Assembly: GCA_044892525.1 (NCBI GenBank)
Contig: CM097885.1
Location: 235,292,001-235,356,000, forward strand
DNA: 64,000 nucleotides
Reading direction: 5' to 3'
Source: Schmidtea polychroa
Taxonomy: Eukaryota
The position numbers and the translations under genes are program-made. The notes beneath the pieces were generated by a model that was given only the letters and a program-made list of their open reading frames with translations, had not been told where the DNA came from and made no database searches. Positions 1 through 12,767 of this stretch are shown here, piece after piece (the first letter of the stretch is position 1; each line of letters opens with the position of its first letter).

Positions 1-979
1 ATTTTGAATGGGAAATATGGCTTTTTACCAAAACTTTTTATTAGATTCCATTTTTTGATTAAAAAGGAATAATTTATAAATTCCTGTAGAACATTCTATA
101 TTTCATGAAAAAATGCAATATACCTAGAAATCTAACAAACAAGAACTAAATTCCAAATAAAATGTAAAATTCGAATATTTAAACACTCATTTAAAATAGA
201 AAAACTTCAATGTATAATAGAATTGTAGTTCTATTTTAAAATTAGTAAAGAAAAATCAAGTTAACTCTGATGAATGCTTTATTTTATTACTCATTACAAG
301 TGGTTGCCGAAACTACCTCAATGTAATATGTTTTACACTTTGAAATTTCGATTGCATAATAATCTCACATTTAGATACTGTTACGCAATGCTGTCAAACT
401 CATTAAGTCTTTGCATAACAGTATCTAAAAATATTGTCTTAAATATTTATTCCAGTTCCTCAGTATTTTTAGTATTTTAAAAAATTAAAAGGAAACTTTT
501 TAAGGCCAGTACAATACAAATGTAATGTTGTTATTACATATTACAATGATCGAAATTTTGTCATTATATGGTTTATTATCGGTTCCTTGCATTATTTTAT
601 ATGTTAACCGATACCCTTCTGTCATTATTGGTTCTTTTATCATATTGACATTTGAAACATTTTTACTTTAAAAAAATAATATTTGAGGGATAAAAATCAA
701 TAAAAATTACTTATACTCAGTAAAATCTTTTAACCTCTTCTCTGAGCTGTTTTCATCTACACGTAGCAAGAAAAATTCATTCTTAATATTGCCATAAAAA
801 TTGTTTGGTTTAGTTACTAATCTATTGTTTGTCTTGAATATCCTGTATTATTTGAAAACCATAATGTTCAGTAATCAGAGCTTTTATATATGGCCTGAGA
901 TATTATTATTTTTTAATAAGTCAATATATTTACTATTTTAATGTCATGAAGCGAGAAAATTTTATAATTATAATTTCAG

Positions 980-3900
980 ATTGGATTTGTATCTTGTGGT
1001 ATGAATCATACACTAGCTTTATCAACTGACGGGCTAAAATTGTATGCGTTTGGTGAAGGTGCTTATGGAAAATTGGGAGTTGGAGATTTTAAAGACCGTT
1101 TTAGTCCAACACTTGTTGAATTTCAAAAGGTATGTATTTGCTGTTATTTTATTTTATAATATTCTGACAACTTCAAATTAGAAAAAGATTTTGAAAGTTG
1201 TCTGTGGTAAAAACTTTAGTGCCGCTTTAACTATAAATGGAGAAGTTTACACTTGGGGACATTCAGACTTTGTTGGAACATTTCTGCCAGATTCTGAAGT
1301 TGATTTAACGGATGAAAATCATTTACTTGTTCCTACTCTTAACTCCAGTCTCGTTGGTTTTATCATAGATATTTGTGCAGGAAACGATACTACATTCGCT
1401 TTAACGAACAATTGCCATTTATATGGATGGGGTTCAAATGTTAACAATTTATTACGCTTAGGAACCAAAGCGCATGCCTATTATCCAGAACTTATTTTAG
1501 TCGAAAAGGACATTCGTTTGCAACAAGTAGGTTTAGTAATTGTAAGATATGTAAGACTAAAATTTTTCTAAGCAAATCCTTAATATATATTCATATTAAA
1601 ATCTCTATTCATGATTTGAATCTAAGATTCTCAAGTTGGTTTATATAAAACTCAATAAAGTTAAGTAGTCAAAATAAAGGTTATGGAAACCTTTGTGGTT
1701 TTTATTTTAATGATTTAAAAGTTTTGTGACAAAAAGTTCGGTTTTTAATGCCCCTCCTAAAACATACCCCTGTGATAGGAGTATATCGAGTAGGATTTTT
1801 AACCCCTTAAATATTTATTCCAGTTCCTCAGTATTTTTAGTATTTTAAAAAATTAAAAAGAGGAAATTGTTAAATTTATATTAAATATTTAAAATCAATA
1901 TTAGAATGATTTTATATTATAAAGAAAATTTTGTATTGAAAATGTATAAAATGGAATAAATATAGAGTTAGGGTACCCTACGGGTGGTTACCTGGGGGTG
2001 AAACATAGCCTATGTCCTGTCCCGAGTCAAACGAGGGGCAGATGCAAAGCTTCAGCACCATAGGTCTAATGGTGGGGAATTCTAATTATTTAAATCAAAT
2101 ATTATATCAGAAACTGTATCATCAACTAAAGATTGATAACATTTTCCATTAGAAAATAAATATACACACAAGTGATTATATTTTATATACAGCAAAGTAG
2201 GAAACAGCTCAGGTTCATATATATTCTTTGTTAAATTATTTAAGTTAATCTAAAATCTTCAGTTATTGTTTCTGATTAAGGTTCAATATTTTTTAATTTA
2301 CTATATTGCAAATTCTCTTTTTCAATAGATTTACAACAATAGATTAACATTTTCTAGTTTTAAAAACGACGATTGTATATTTTCCATCACGATCCACATA
2401 TTGTCGAGATTTCCATGTGGGGCCGTTCATAAAGTATGTCACGCTCCAGGCGGGTAGGGGTAAGAAAATATGATGGTTTGTGACAGGGGAGGAGGGGGTT
2501 CAGGCCATGGGTGACGTGACACATTTATTTATTTTTTTAGTAGAATTTAGTATCTTTAAAAATAATTTTTAAAAATTTTGTGAAACATTTGAATTAGCTT
2601 TGGTGACCCGTCAAAGGGGTCCAGGACAAAACGGCCCCGACAAAAAGACCCCGTCAAAAGGGCCTCTGATATAAAGGCCCTTGGCAAAAACGACCCCTGT
2701 CAAAAGGCCCCCACGAATTGAACCGCGTAAACACTGAGTATACAAAAACACACTGTTTCCGGAAGTATCACACCCCATCAACAACTATACACTTATTCCC
2801 ACGTGCTCTGGAAAACCCTAAATTTTATTTTACAACGCACCGCTACATATTCTCTTCCTGACCAGCCTGATTCATCCACTCTTGCTAACGCATTCGGTGA
2901 ATTCTTGACTGACAAGATTTATTGAATTCATGCCAAATTTACTATTCCGGCCTCTCCTGGTCCATATGAAATTCAAATCCGCCAAAACCATTCCATGGTA
3001 CTATATGTATGTGTAATAACAAACGTATAGAACCTATTTTAAACAGTCCAAATCGTTTGTAGCCAGAGATAGGTAGGCATTTACCGGTTGACGCTTAAAA
3101 AGTCACGGATGACGTCGTTTTGAAGTCAACATATATACAATATCTTTCTTTTCTACATTCAAATATTTCTATCTACGCGGTCCTATTGGCGAGTGCCGTA
3201 ATATCGGGGCTCTTTTTGACGGGGTACCATTAGATTTACGACAAAATAACATGAAATGCGTATCTAATGAATGTGTTGTTCATGCCGGAAGTATTATTAT
3301 TTCTATGTTGTCCGCTGTATAATAATGTCACTGAGCGAAAAATTCGGAGGGATTAGGGATAATATCCTAGGGTTTAGATGGTTAGGTAAATGGTTATGTT
3401 TATTTCAGGCCGGTCGGATTTTTATGAATAAATAAAAAGAACAATTTCATGATCAATCACCCGTTTAAGTCATCTAGGTGGTTAGTAAAATTTATGAAAT
3501 ATTGTAACACAAAAATAACAGTTTTGTTTTGTTTGGTCTGTATTTATATTCATTTTGAATTCATAATTTATTAAACAAAGAAATTTTAATTTAAAATATT
3601 GAAATATAAAAGGTAGTTCTTCGAAAGTGTGACTTTACGGTAGGTCCGAGATTTGTGACAGTTTGTGACATGGGGAGGGAGGGGGTTTAGAATGGCTAAA
3701 ATATTGTGACGTACTTTATGGACGGCTCCTGCCCCAAATTTCATACTTACTTATATATTAATTTATTTATTAAATATTATGATGTAAACAAAATAAAATA
3801 TAGAATATGGAATTTAGAAAAGGACCTAGTGAATATGGGAAAAAAATTATTTACTTTATTTATAGATAATAATGTAATAAATTTAATCAAATGCAATTCA

Positions 3901-5971
3901 GATCTCATGTGGTAGACATCATGCTGCTGCTAGCTCTCATTCTCCTTATACATATCGAAATACAATTCCATCTGGACCTCAGTTAAAACACAAAGATATT
4001 TCTGAAATTCCGCTGATGAAATATACAGCTTTATATAAGTCTGAATTTAATTTCTATGACATGACAGCCCGATTAATTCTTATTTTGTATTGGAATGAAA
4101 TGGTACGGTTAACATGGCAATTTTGGATTCCTCAAACCAACCAGCATTATGATACATCCGATTATGATTTGAATTCCATTAGTTTAGGATCAAAATCTTT
4201 AGAGAGTATATCTTTTAAAAAATTTGCAATAAAATGAATCGAATTTATTAGATGTAACTCGAATGAACAGTAGATTACATTTGTTTTCACAGTCTAATTG
4301 GAATTGGAAACCATTTAATAATTTTAATATTAATGAAGTACGACAGTTAATAAATAGTGAATTTATATCGTCAGCTATGTATCGATATTTAAATAGCAGT
4401 ATGATTAATAATCGGACCTATACTTCCCTTGTTCGCATTGATAGAATCAACAAAAAAGAACCGGTATTTATTCAAACTTGTCGACAAGTTATAAATATGG
4501 ATGCTGTAAGTCTACGATTGCCGTGGAGAGCTTGGAAAGTTAGTTTTCTTTATCTGATATTCAATATCTACATGCTAAGAGCATTTTAAAATATTAAGAC
4601 CTTTTGTAGGAGTAGATTTAGAAGGATAAAATATAGTTAGAGATTTTTACAATATATTATTGGATAACATATTTTTATATTCCCTTATATTTTTATAATA
4701 TCATTTTTGCGAATTTTTTTTCAATCTTCCATTAATTTTAAATGTACTGTTTGAACAGATGATTCCATTATAAATTACCAACGAGATTATATATCCCATT
4801 CTTTTTAGCTATTACTCTGAAATTAGATGAATGGGACTTTTTTATGCAATTTTTCCTATAATCTTTATTGATTATATAATATCTGGTTAATAAAATAACT
4901 CGATTTGAAAAAAAATAGTTCGGAAATCAAAGGGTTAAAACAATATATTATTAGCTATTTCACGGTGTACTCGACGGCTTCTTTCGTTATCACTATCGTT
5001 TTTTAAATTACAATTTTTCGATATTGTAGTTTCATTGCATTTCTTCATTTATTTTAATTACAACTATAGATTAATTTTTCCCCTATGTAACACTATAAGT
5101 CAAAGATTTGTGTTACATAAAAAACATTTTTATCTATAATCGTAATGTAAATAAATCAAACAAATACTAATCAAAGGTGAACAGCAAATAAATTATTTCT
5201 CGTTTGTACATGCAAGTATTATCCAATTTCTATTTCCAAAATAAGTGTGGCGAAAATTTACAATCAATCAAGGGAACAAGAACTTCGTGTAAATATTTTC
5301 TGGAAATTTGTTCCGAATTCAACCTGCTTGCTTTAATTAATTAGGATAATTATTTAAGTAAAATTTATGATAAAATTCTTAAAATGAAAGGCGACTTAAA
5401 TTTAATTACATCTAATATAGTAGTAGGATGTGGGCCATCCCGGGCACAAATACCCACATACGATGCCACATATTTTTAGAACTATTACGTAATCGATGCC
5501 TCATATTTTTAGAACGATGCCTAATATTTTTAGAACTATTACATAATCGATGCCTCATATTTTTAGAACGATGCCACATATTTTTAGAACGATGCCTAAT
5601 ATTTTTAGAACTATTATGTAATCGATGACTAATATTTTTAGAACTATTATGTAATCGATGCCTCATATTTTTAGAACGATGACTCATACGATGAATCATA
5701 AATTATTATTTTTCAAAATATTATTAGTGATCTAGCGGTGACCTGGTTTTCGTTTGCCCAAAACTTAATGTTCCCACCAACAGATTTTATTGATCTATAG
5801 CTCATTTTAAAGCCCAGTGCGAGATCTATCTACTGACATATAAATATTATTATCATCATTATTATTGGGAAAGATATTACCGTCCGCGCGAAAGATGTTA
5901 TTTTCAAAATTTTAATCAATATTATTATCATTATTATTATAATTATTATTATTATCATTATTATTATTATA

Positions 5972-6031
<60 letters not shown>

Positions 6032-6237
6032 CTATATACTCTGAGTTTATCCGATAAAATATTCTGTCCCCCTATGGGTAATGCTCACAAGGGTAATGCT
6101 CACAAGGGTATTGCTCATATGGGTAATGGTCACACTCAACAACTCGCTAGGGTATTATTAATATTATTAATAATGACTAAGATATTTTCAAAGAATTATT
6201 ATTACAACTCCCAAGAATATTATTAATATGTCTAAGA

Positions 6238-6285
<48 letters not shown>

Positions 6286-6536
6286 GCAAATATTAGTCAA
6301 AAATATAAAATATTTTTTACACACACACATGCACAACCCATTAACAATTATTATTGCAAATATTAGTGAAAAACCTAAAATATTATTTACACACACACAA
6401 CCCATTAAACTTTATTATTATTATTATTGAAAAACCTAAAATATTTTTTACACACACACAACCCATTAACAATTATTATTATCAATATTAGTGAAAACCT
6501 AAAATATTTTCTACACACATATACAACCCATTAAAC

Positions 6537-6612
<76 letters not shown>

Positions 6613-6738
6613 GAAAAACCTAAAATATTTTGACACACACACAACCCATTAACAATTATTATTATCAATATTATTATTATTGCAAATACTAGTCAAAAAC
6701 TTAAAATATTTTTTACACACACACACAACCCATTAAAC

Positions 6739-6808
<70 letters not shown>

Positions 6809-9800
6809 GTGAAAAAACCTTAAATAATTTTTACATACTAAGTTATGGGGTAGAGTATTATTATGTTTGCAGTATTCTGTGTTTGCATTTACAGGAAGTT
6901 GTCAATAAGGAGCGATAATTTTATACATACATTCTATATACACATACCTTGTTTAACATGGGTGTATATACTCCTAGCCTATCCGACAAAATATTCTCTC
7001 CCCCTATGGGTAATGGTCACCAGGGTACTACTCACACTCAACATGTCGCAAGGGTTTATTAATTAGGGTTAGTAAATATAACTTATTACATGTAAACCAT
7101 ATTTTTAATAATTATTTAAACTATAAAAATCAAGGCAAGAGAGGACAAGGCAAAGTTTATGCAATTATTATTGCCAGGCCTAATGAGCAGTCACCAAATA
7201 TCTGTGCCTGAAAGACACGGTGGATATTTGTTCGCGTCCACAAGGGTCGTCTGTGCCTCCCCCAAGTGGGGTCAGAAGAACCTGGGCATTATAGTTTTCC
7301 ATACGGAACATTACGCCTAGCATGGGTAGTCAACTACCAGCACATTCGAAACGTATAATTTCAAAATACATGCGTCATTGGCACTATAACCAAATTAATT
7401 AATGTTTTCACTAACACAAATATATATTTACAGAGGCCTCCCACTAGTTGGATTACAACCGCCCACCACGACGATCAGCTTGTAAATATATATTAATTAA
7501 GGGATAAAGAGGACCCATCCAACCCTATTATATTTAATTTACAAATTTTTCTCGCTCTTCTGCTGGTAATCTATCTCAAAATTATCATCTCCATCGGGCC
7601 ATTTGGAATGCATCTTGCAAATTGAACGTATTTCTTAGTTTCTGATGCGGCGTCAACTATCATTGCTAAAATTTATATTGATTTAAAAGCAATTAACTTA
7701 CAGGTGTTATCTAGCATTTTATCGTCACAAATTAAATTCTGTCTGACTATTAGGCAACTGTTATTTGTGGTATACTTTTTCAATGTCATTTCCCACCATA
7801 AAACACAGATACCTAAATATAATATATATATTTTAAAGAATTAATTCATGTCTTACATTCGAAATCTTTCATATTCTTCAGGTATGATGAGTACTTTACT
7901 TAATTGCTAAAACATCGGTTTTCCCATTTTTCTTGACATTTGTTGAAAGTTTACATAATTTAAGTCTGATAAGTAAACATTCATGTTGAAGGATACCGCA
8001 ATCAGCTAATTCATTTAAGAAATCCAGAACATAAGTCATTTAGTGTTTCACCATTTTGTCTGGTTCATCTTCTTCTATAATTCATGTTTTAATAAGAAAT
8101 CTCTAAATCCAGAACATAAGTCTTTTAGTGTTTCATCTTCTTCATAATCATATAATTCATTTTCTTCATTACTAAGTAAAATAATTAAAATATTGTAGTA
8201 AATTCTTTATTTACTTACTTTATGGATACTAAAACGAAAGAAATAAAGTTATATGAAAAGCTTATTTAAATAATTTAAATTTAGTTATTTAAAAATATTT
8301 AAACAATTTAGTTATTTAAGCATATTTAAACATTATTATATAGTATAATTTTATAAAATATTATAATATTATAATTTTATGTATTCTAAATTTATTAATA
8401 AATACAGTATAATTTTATATAATATTATAATTTTATGTACACTTATATATCCTTCATTTAATTTTTTAAATTCAAAAATTTATAATGAAGATTTTTTGAA
8501 TTAAAAAATATTCTGTTAGTATTTCCAGGCAGAAAACAACGAATTTTATAATTAAAATCTTTATTTTCATGTTGTTAGGGTTGTGGCCAGAAGTTAATCG
8601 CTATCTAATCGTTTGTTCTCAATTTCGCTCATTTTCGTTCAAAACATTCAGGTGAGTTGTTATCTGGAAAGTTTCTTTGAGCTCAGTTTTGTTAAAACAC
8701 TCACGGTATTTTTGAGGGACGTGACACTGGAAATAAATTAACAATGGGTGGTCATCCATACATATTGTTGGTCTGAGCTGTCGATTTATTTTAGAAATAG
8801 GTATATTAAAAACATTTAAGGTATCATTCAGTAAAATAATATAGGATTTTTGAGTATTTTTTAGTTGATTTATAAATAACAGTATTTTAATATATCAATA
8901 AAGACCATATACTCCGAGTTTATCCGACAAAATATTCTGTCCCCCTATGGGTATTGCTAGCAAGGGTACTGGTCACATTCAACATGTCGCAAGGGTATAT
9001 TAATCATTTAGAAATTCTTAGGTAATTTAGTGAGATGATCAGAAATTCGTGAATACTTATGTCGAGCGACTAATTTATTGGTTAACTTTTTAGACATTTA
9101 AAGCAAAAGGTAATTTATTCATCTAATGTTCGTTACAATAGTTAATAATATGAGAAAAACATGGTCATTATTCATTGATAATTTTAAATTCTTTATCATT
9201 TGGAGTAAATTTGTTCGAGGCAAAAATAATTAAAGGAGTCGTAATAGAAATATGGTTATCAATTAACCAATTAAAGGGCTTATTAGTTAGAAATATATAT
9301 TATAAAGTAACAATTATTTTCTAATTTAATGAGATGATCATTGGGCGTAGTATATCTTTGCGAGAAATTTAAGATGTTTGAGTAACCAAAACATGGATAT
9401 TTTGTGCGATAAATTTATGAATATTGGTTAATTTTGTTATTTTTAGTCATTTAAAATAATATTTAGCAAATGTAATTTAGCAAAATATCATTTATCCACC
9501 CGATAACAATATTCCTTCAATAGATTAACTGATATTCAACCTATTTAATTTCAAATTAAAATCATAAATTTCCTTCAATAAAGTTAAATTTTCTTTAGTT
9601 GTCGATTTCCAACTTTTAAGTCAATATTTCTCAAGTTTTGTCACCAATATCCCCACAATGAATATCCGTCTATAACATGTTAAATAAAGGTAAATAATTT
9701 AAAGCAATAACCTTTGATATCATTCTCAATTAATTCTAAAGATTTCAGATATTTCATTGTCAAAACCAAGTAAATAAACACCTAATTGATCATTAACCCT

Positions 9801-11814
9801 AAACGACTTAATAAAACCGTGGATAATTAATAGATAATTAATAAAAACTTGTTCTAAAACATAAATCTAAATTACTGTGCAATAACATTCGTCACGACCT
9901 AATAAACCTCTAAAACGATATAAGTTCACTGGAATTATTATTAATTCATAACTAAATACTGACTATTTCCTTTGAAAATTTGATATTTTACCAATAAGAA
10001 CATTGTCGATTTAAATAGAGATTTCAAAACATGTCCACCTTAACCGATCCCTCACCAAATATTTCTAGCATTTTAAAAACCCCCTTAAAAATCATATATT
10101 ACCATCTTAACCGAACCTTCACTAAATCCAACCGACTTTAATATATCAATTCTCTTAAAATCCATGGGAAATCCTTCAAAATATGAATTTTATTTAATTG
10201 TTAAAAACATTCTTCCATTGAAATAATTTAGTAGCTAAATTCAAAGAGTCCACTAAAAGATCAAAATTCATTAAAATAAATATTTAACCACATGTATCAT
10301 CAAATACCTAACTAGAGATGATAATATCTCATTGATTGATCATAATTCTTCATCGATTCAACTAATTATAGCCATTACAACATGATATATCTTTCAAACT
10401 AAATTTCAGTATATTTTACAATAATTTTCAAGTAGATTTCAAATATATCATCATCATGAAAAAATTAGCTGGTTTCAACTTTAGATTTACAATATTTTAA
10501 AGTTTATCAATGTGTAAATATTCTTAGAAAAATATATGAAAAATTATTTAGTCAAATTATCATTACAAAGTCATCATCAAAATTAATTTTTATTTAAAAT
10601 TTAAAAACAAGTCAATAAAATATAGCAAATTATCAAGAAATTAATTAAATTTATCTTAGAATTAACACTAAACCTTAAATTTTTAAATATTCTTTCAATT
10701 AACATGAAATTCACAAAAAATGTTAGTAAATTCCCGCTAACTCTAAAAAATTACCAATGAATTTAATGCCAAATAATAACCAAATATTTGCCTAAATAAA
10801 ATCATTAAAACACAACAGTACCTTTACGACCAGTACCCTTACGAGCAGTACCAATTGTGAACAGTACCCATAGAGGGAGAAAATATGTTGTCGGATAAAC
10901 TCAGAGTATATATAATAAAACGAATTAACAATAACTCCATCAAATTGAATCAGTCAAATTATCACAAATTTTAATAAAAAAATCTTATTCTAAAATGGTA
11001 AGCAGCATAAAATCGAAAGATAATTTTGATAACACAGAGATAAAATTAACAATATTATTCTCAGGTGGTAAGAATATTTTATTTTTGAGTCTATTATCCC
11101 TCTATTATCATTGATTACTTGATGTTTTCATATATTTAAGTGAATGCTGGATATGTGTTCTGACACACTTTGTTTCCTTCTTAACTTTGAGAGATCATTT
11201 TGAGTGAAAAGAGTAATGTATCTTAAATTATCTATTAGAATATTTGTTTTTGAAATATTTAGTGTAAAATAGTAAATATAATAATTATTATTTCAATATT
11301 AAAGGAGTTAATCAAATTTAAAATATGAATTTATCATAATTGCTCAGTCAAATAACATTTGTTAGGCACAGACGACCCTTGTGGACGCGAACAAATATCC
11401 ACCGTGTCTTTCAGGCACAGATATTTGGTGACTGCTCATTAGGCCTGGCAATAATAATTGCATAAACTTTGCCTTGTCCTCTCTTGTCTTGATTTTTATA
11501 GTTTAAATAATTATTAAAAATATGGTTTACATGTAATAAGTTATATTTACTAACCCTAATTAATAAACCCTTGCGACATGTTGAGTGTGAGTAGTACCCT
11601 GGTGACCATTACCCATAGGGGGAGAGAATATTTTGTCGGATAGGCTAGGAGTATATACACCCATGTTAAACAAGGTATGTGTATATAGAATGTATGTATA
11701 AAATTATCGCTCCTTATTGACAACTTCCTGTAAAGGCAAACACAGAATACTGCAAACATAATAATACTCTACCCCATAACTTAGTATGTAAAAATTATTT
11801 AAGGTTTTTTTCAC

Positions 11815-11899
<85 letters not shown>

Positions 11900-12029
11900 G
11901 TTTAATGGGTTGTGTGTGTGTGTGTAAAAAAAATATTTTAAGTTTTTGACTAGTATTTGCAATAATAATAATATTGATAATAATAATTGTTAATGGGTTG
12001 TGTGTGTGTCAAAATATTTTAGGTTTTTC

Positions 12030-12090
<61 letters not shown>

Positions 12091-12341
12091 GTTTAATGGG
12101 TTGTATATGTGTGTAGAAAATATTTTAATTTTTCACTAATATTGATAATAATAATTGTTAATGGGTTGTGTGTGTGTAAAAAATATTTTAGGTTTTTCAA
12201 TAATAATAATAATAAAGTTTAATGGGTTGTGTGTGTGTAAATAATATTTTAGGTTTTTCACTAATATTTGCAATAATAATTGTTAATGGGTTGTGCATGT
12301 GTGTGTGTAAAAAATATTTTATATTTTTGACTAATATTTGC

Positions 12342-12428
<87 letters not shown>

Positions 12429-12435
12429 TAATAAT

Positions 12436-12492
<57 letters not shown>

Positions 12493-12698
12493 TCTTAGAC
12501 ATATTAATAATATTCTTGGGAGTTGTAATAATAATTCTTTGAAAATATCTTAGTCATTATTAATAATATTAATAATACCCTAGCGAGTTGTTGAGTGTGA
12601 CCATTACCCATATGGGCAATACCCTTGTGAGCATTACCCTTGTGAGCATTACCCATAGGGGGACAGAATATTTTATCGGATAAACTCAGAGTATATAG

Positions 12699-12767
<69 letters not shown>

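Noticed and set aside
438..495. ~55-bp direct duplication with 1806-1866
   Set aside because: Short AT-rich dispersed repeat fragment with no termini or structure to interpret.
7178..7215. Hammerhead-like CTAATGAG...GAAA
   Set aside because: The core deviates from CUGANGA, and the candidate stem II does not abut GAAA.
12197..12502. Poly-Y/L/N/I ORFs (also 20119-20334, 25517-25756, 33084-33323)
   Set aside because: Artefacts of (ATT)n microsatellites.
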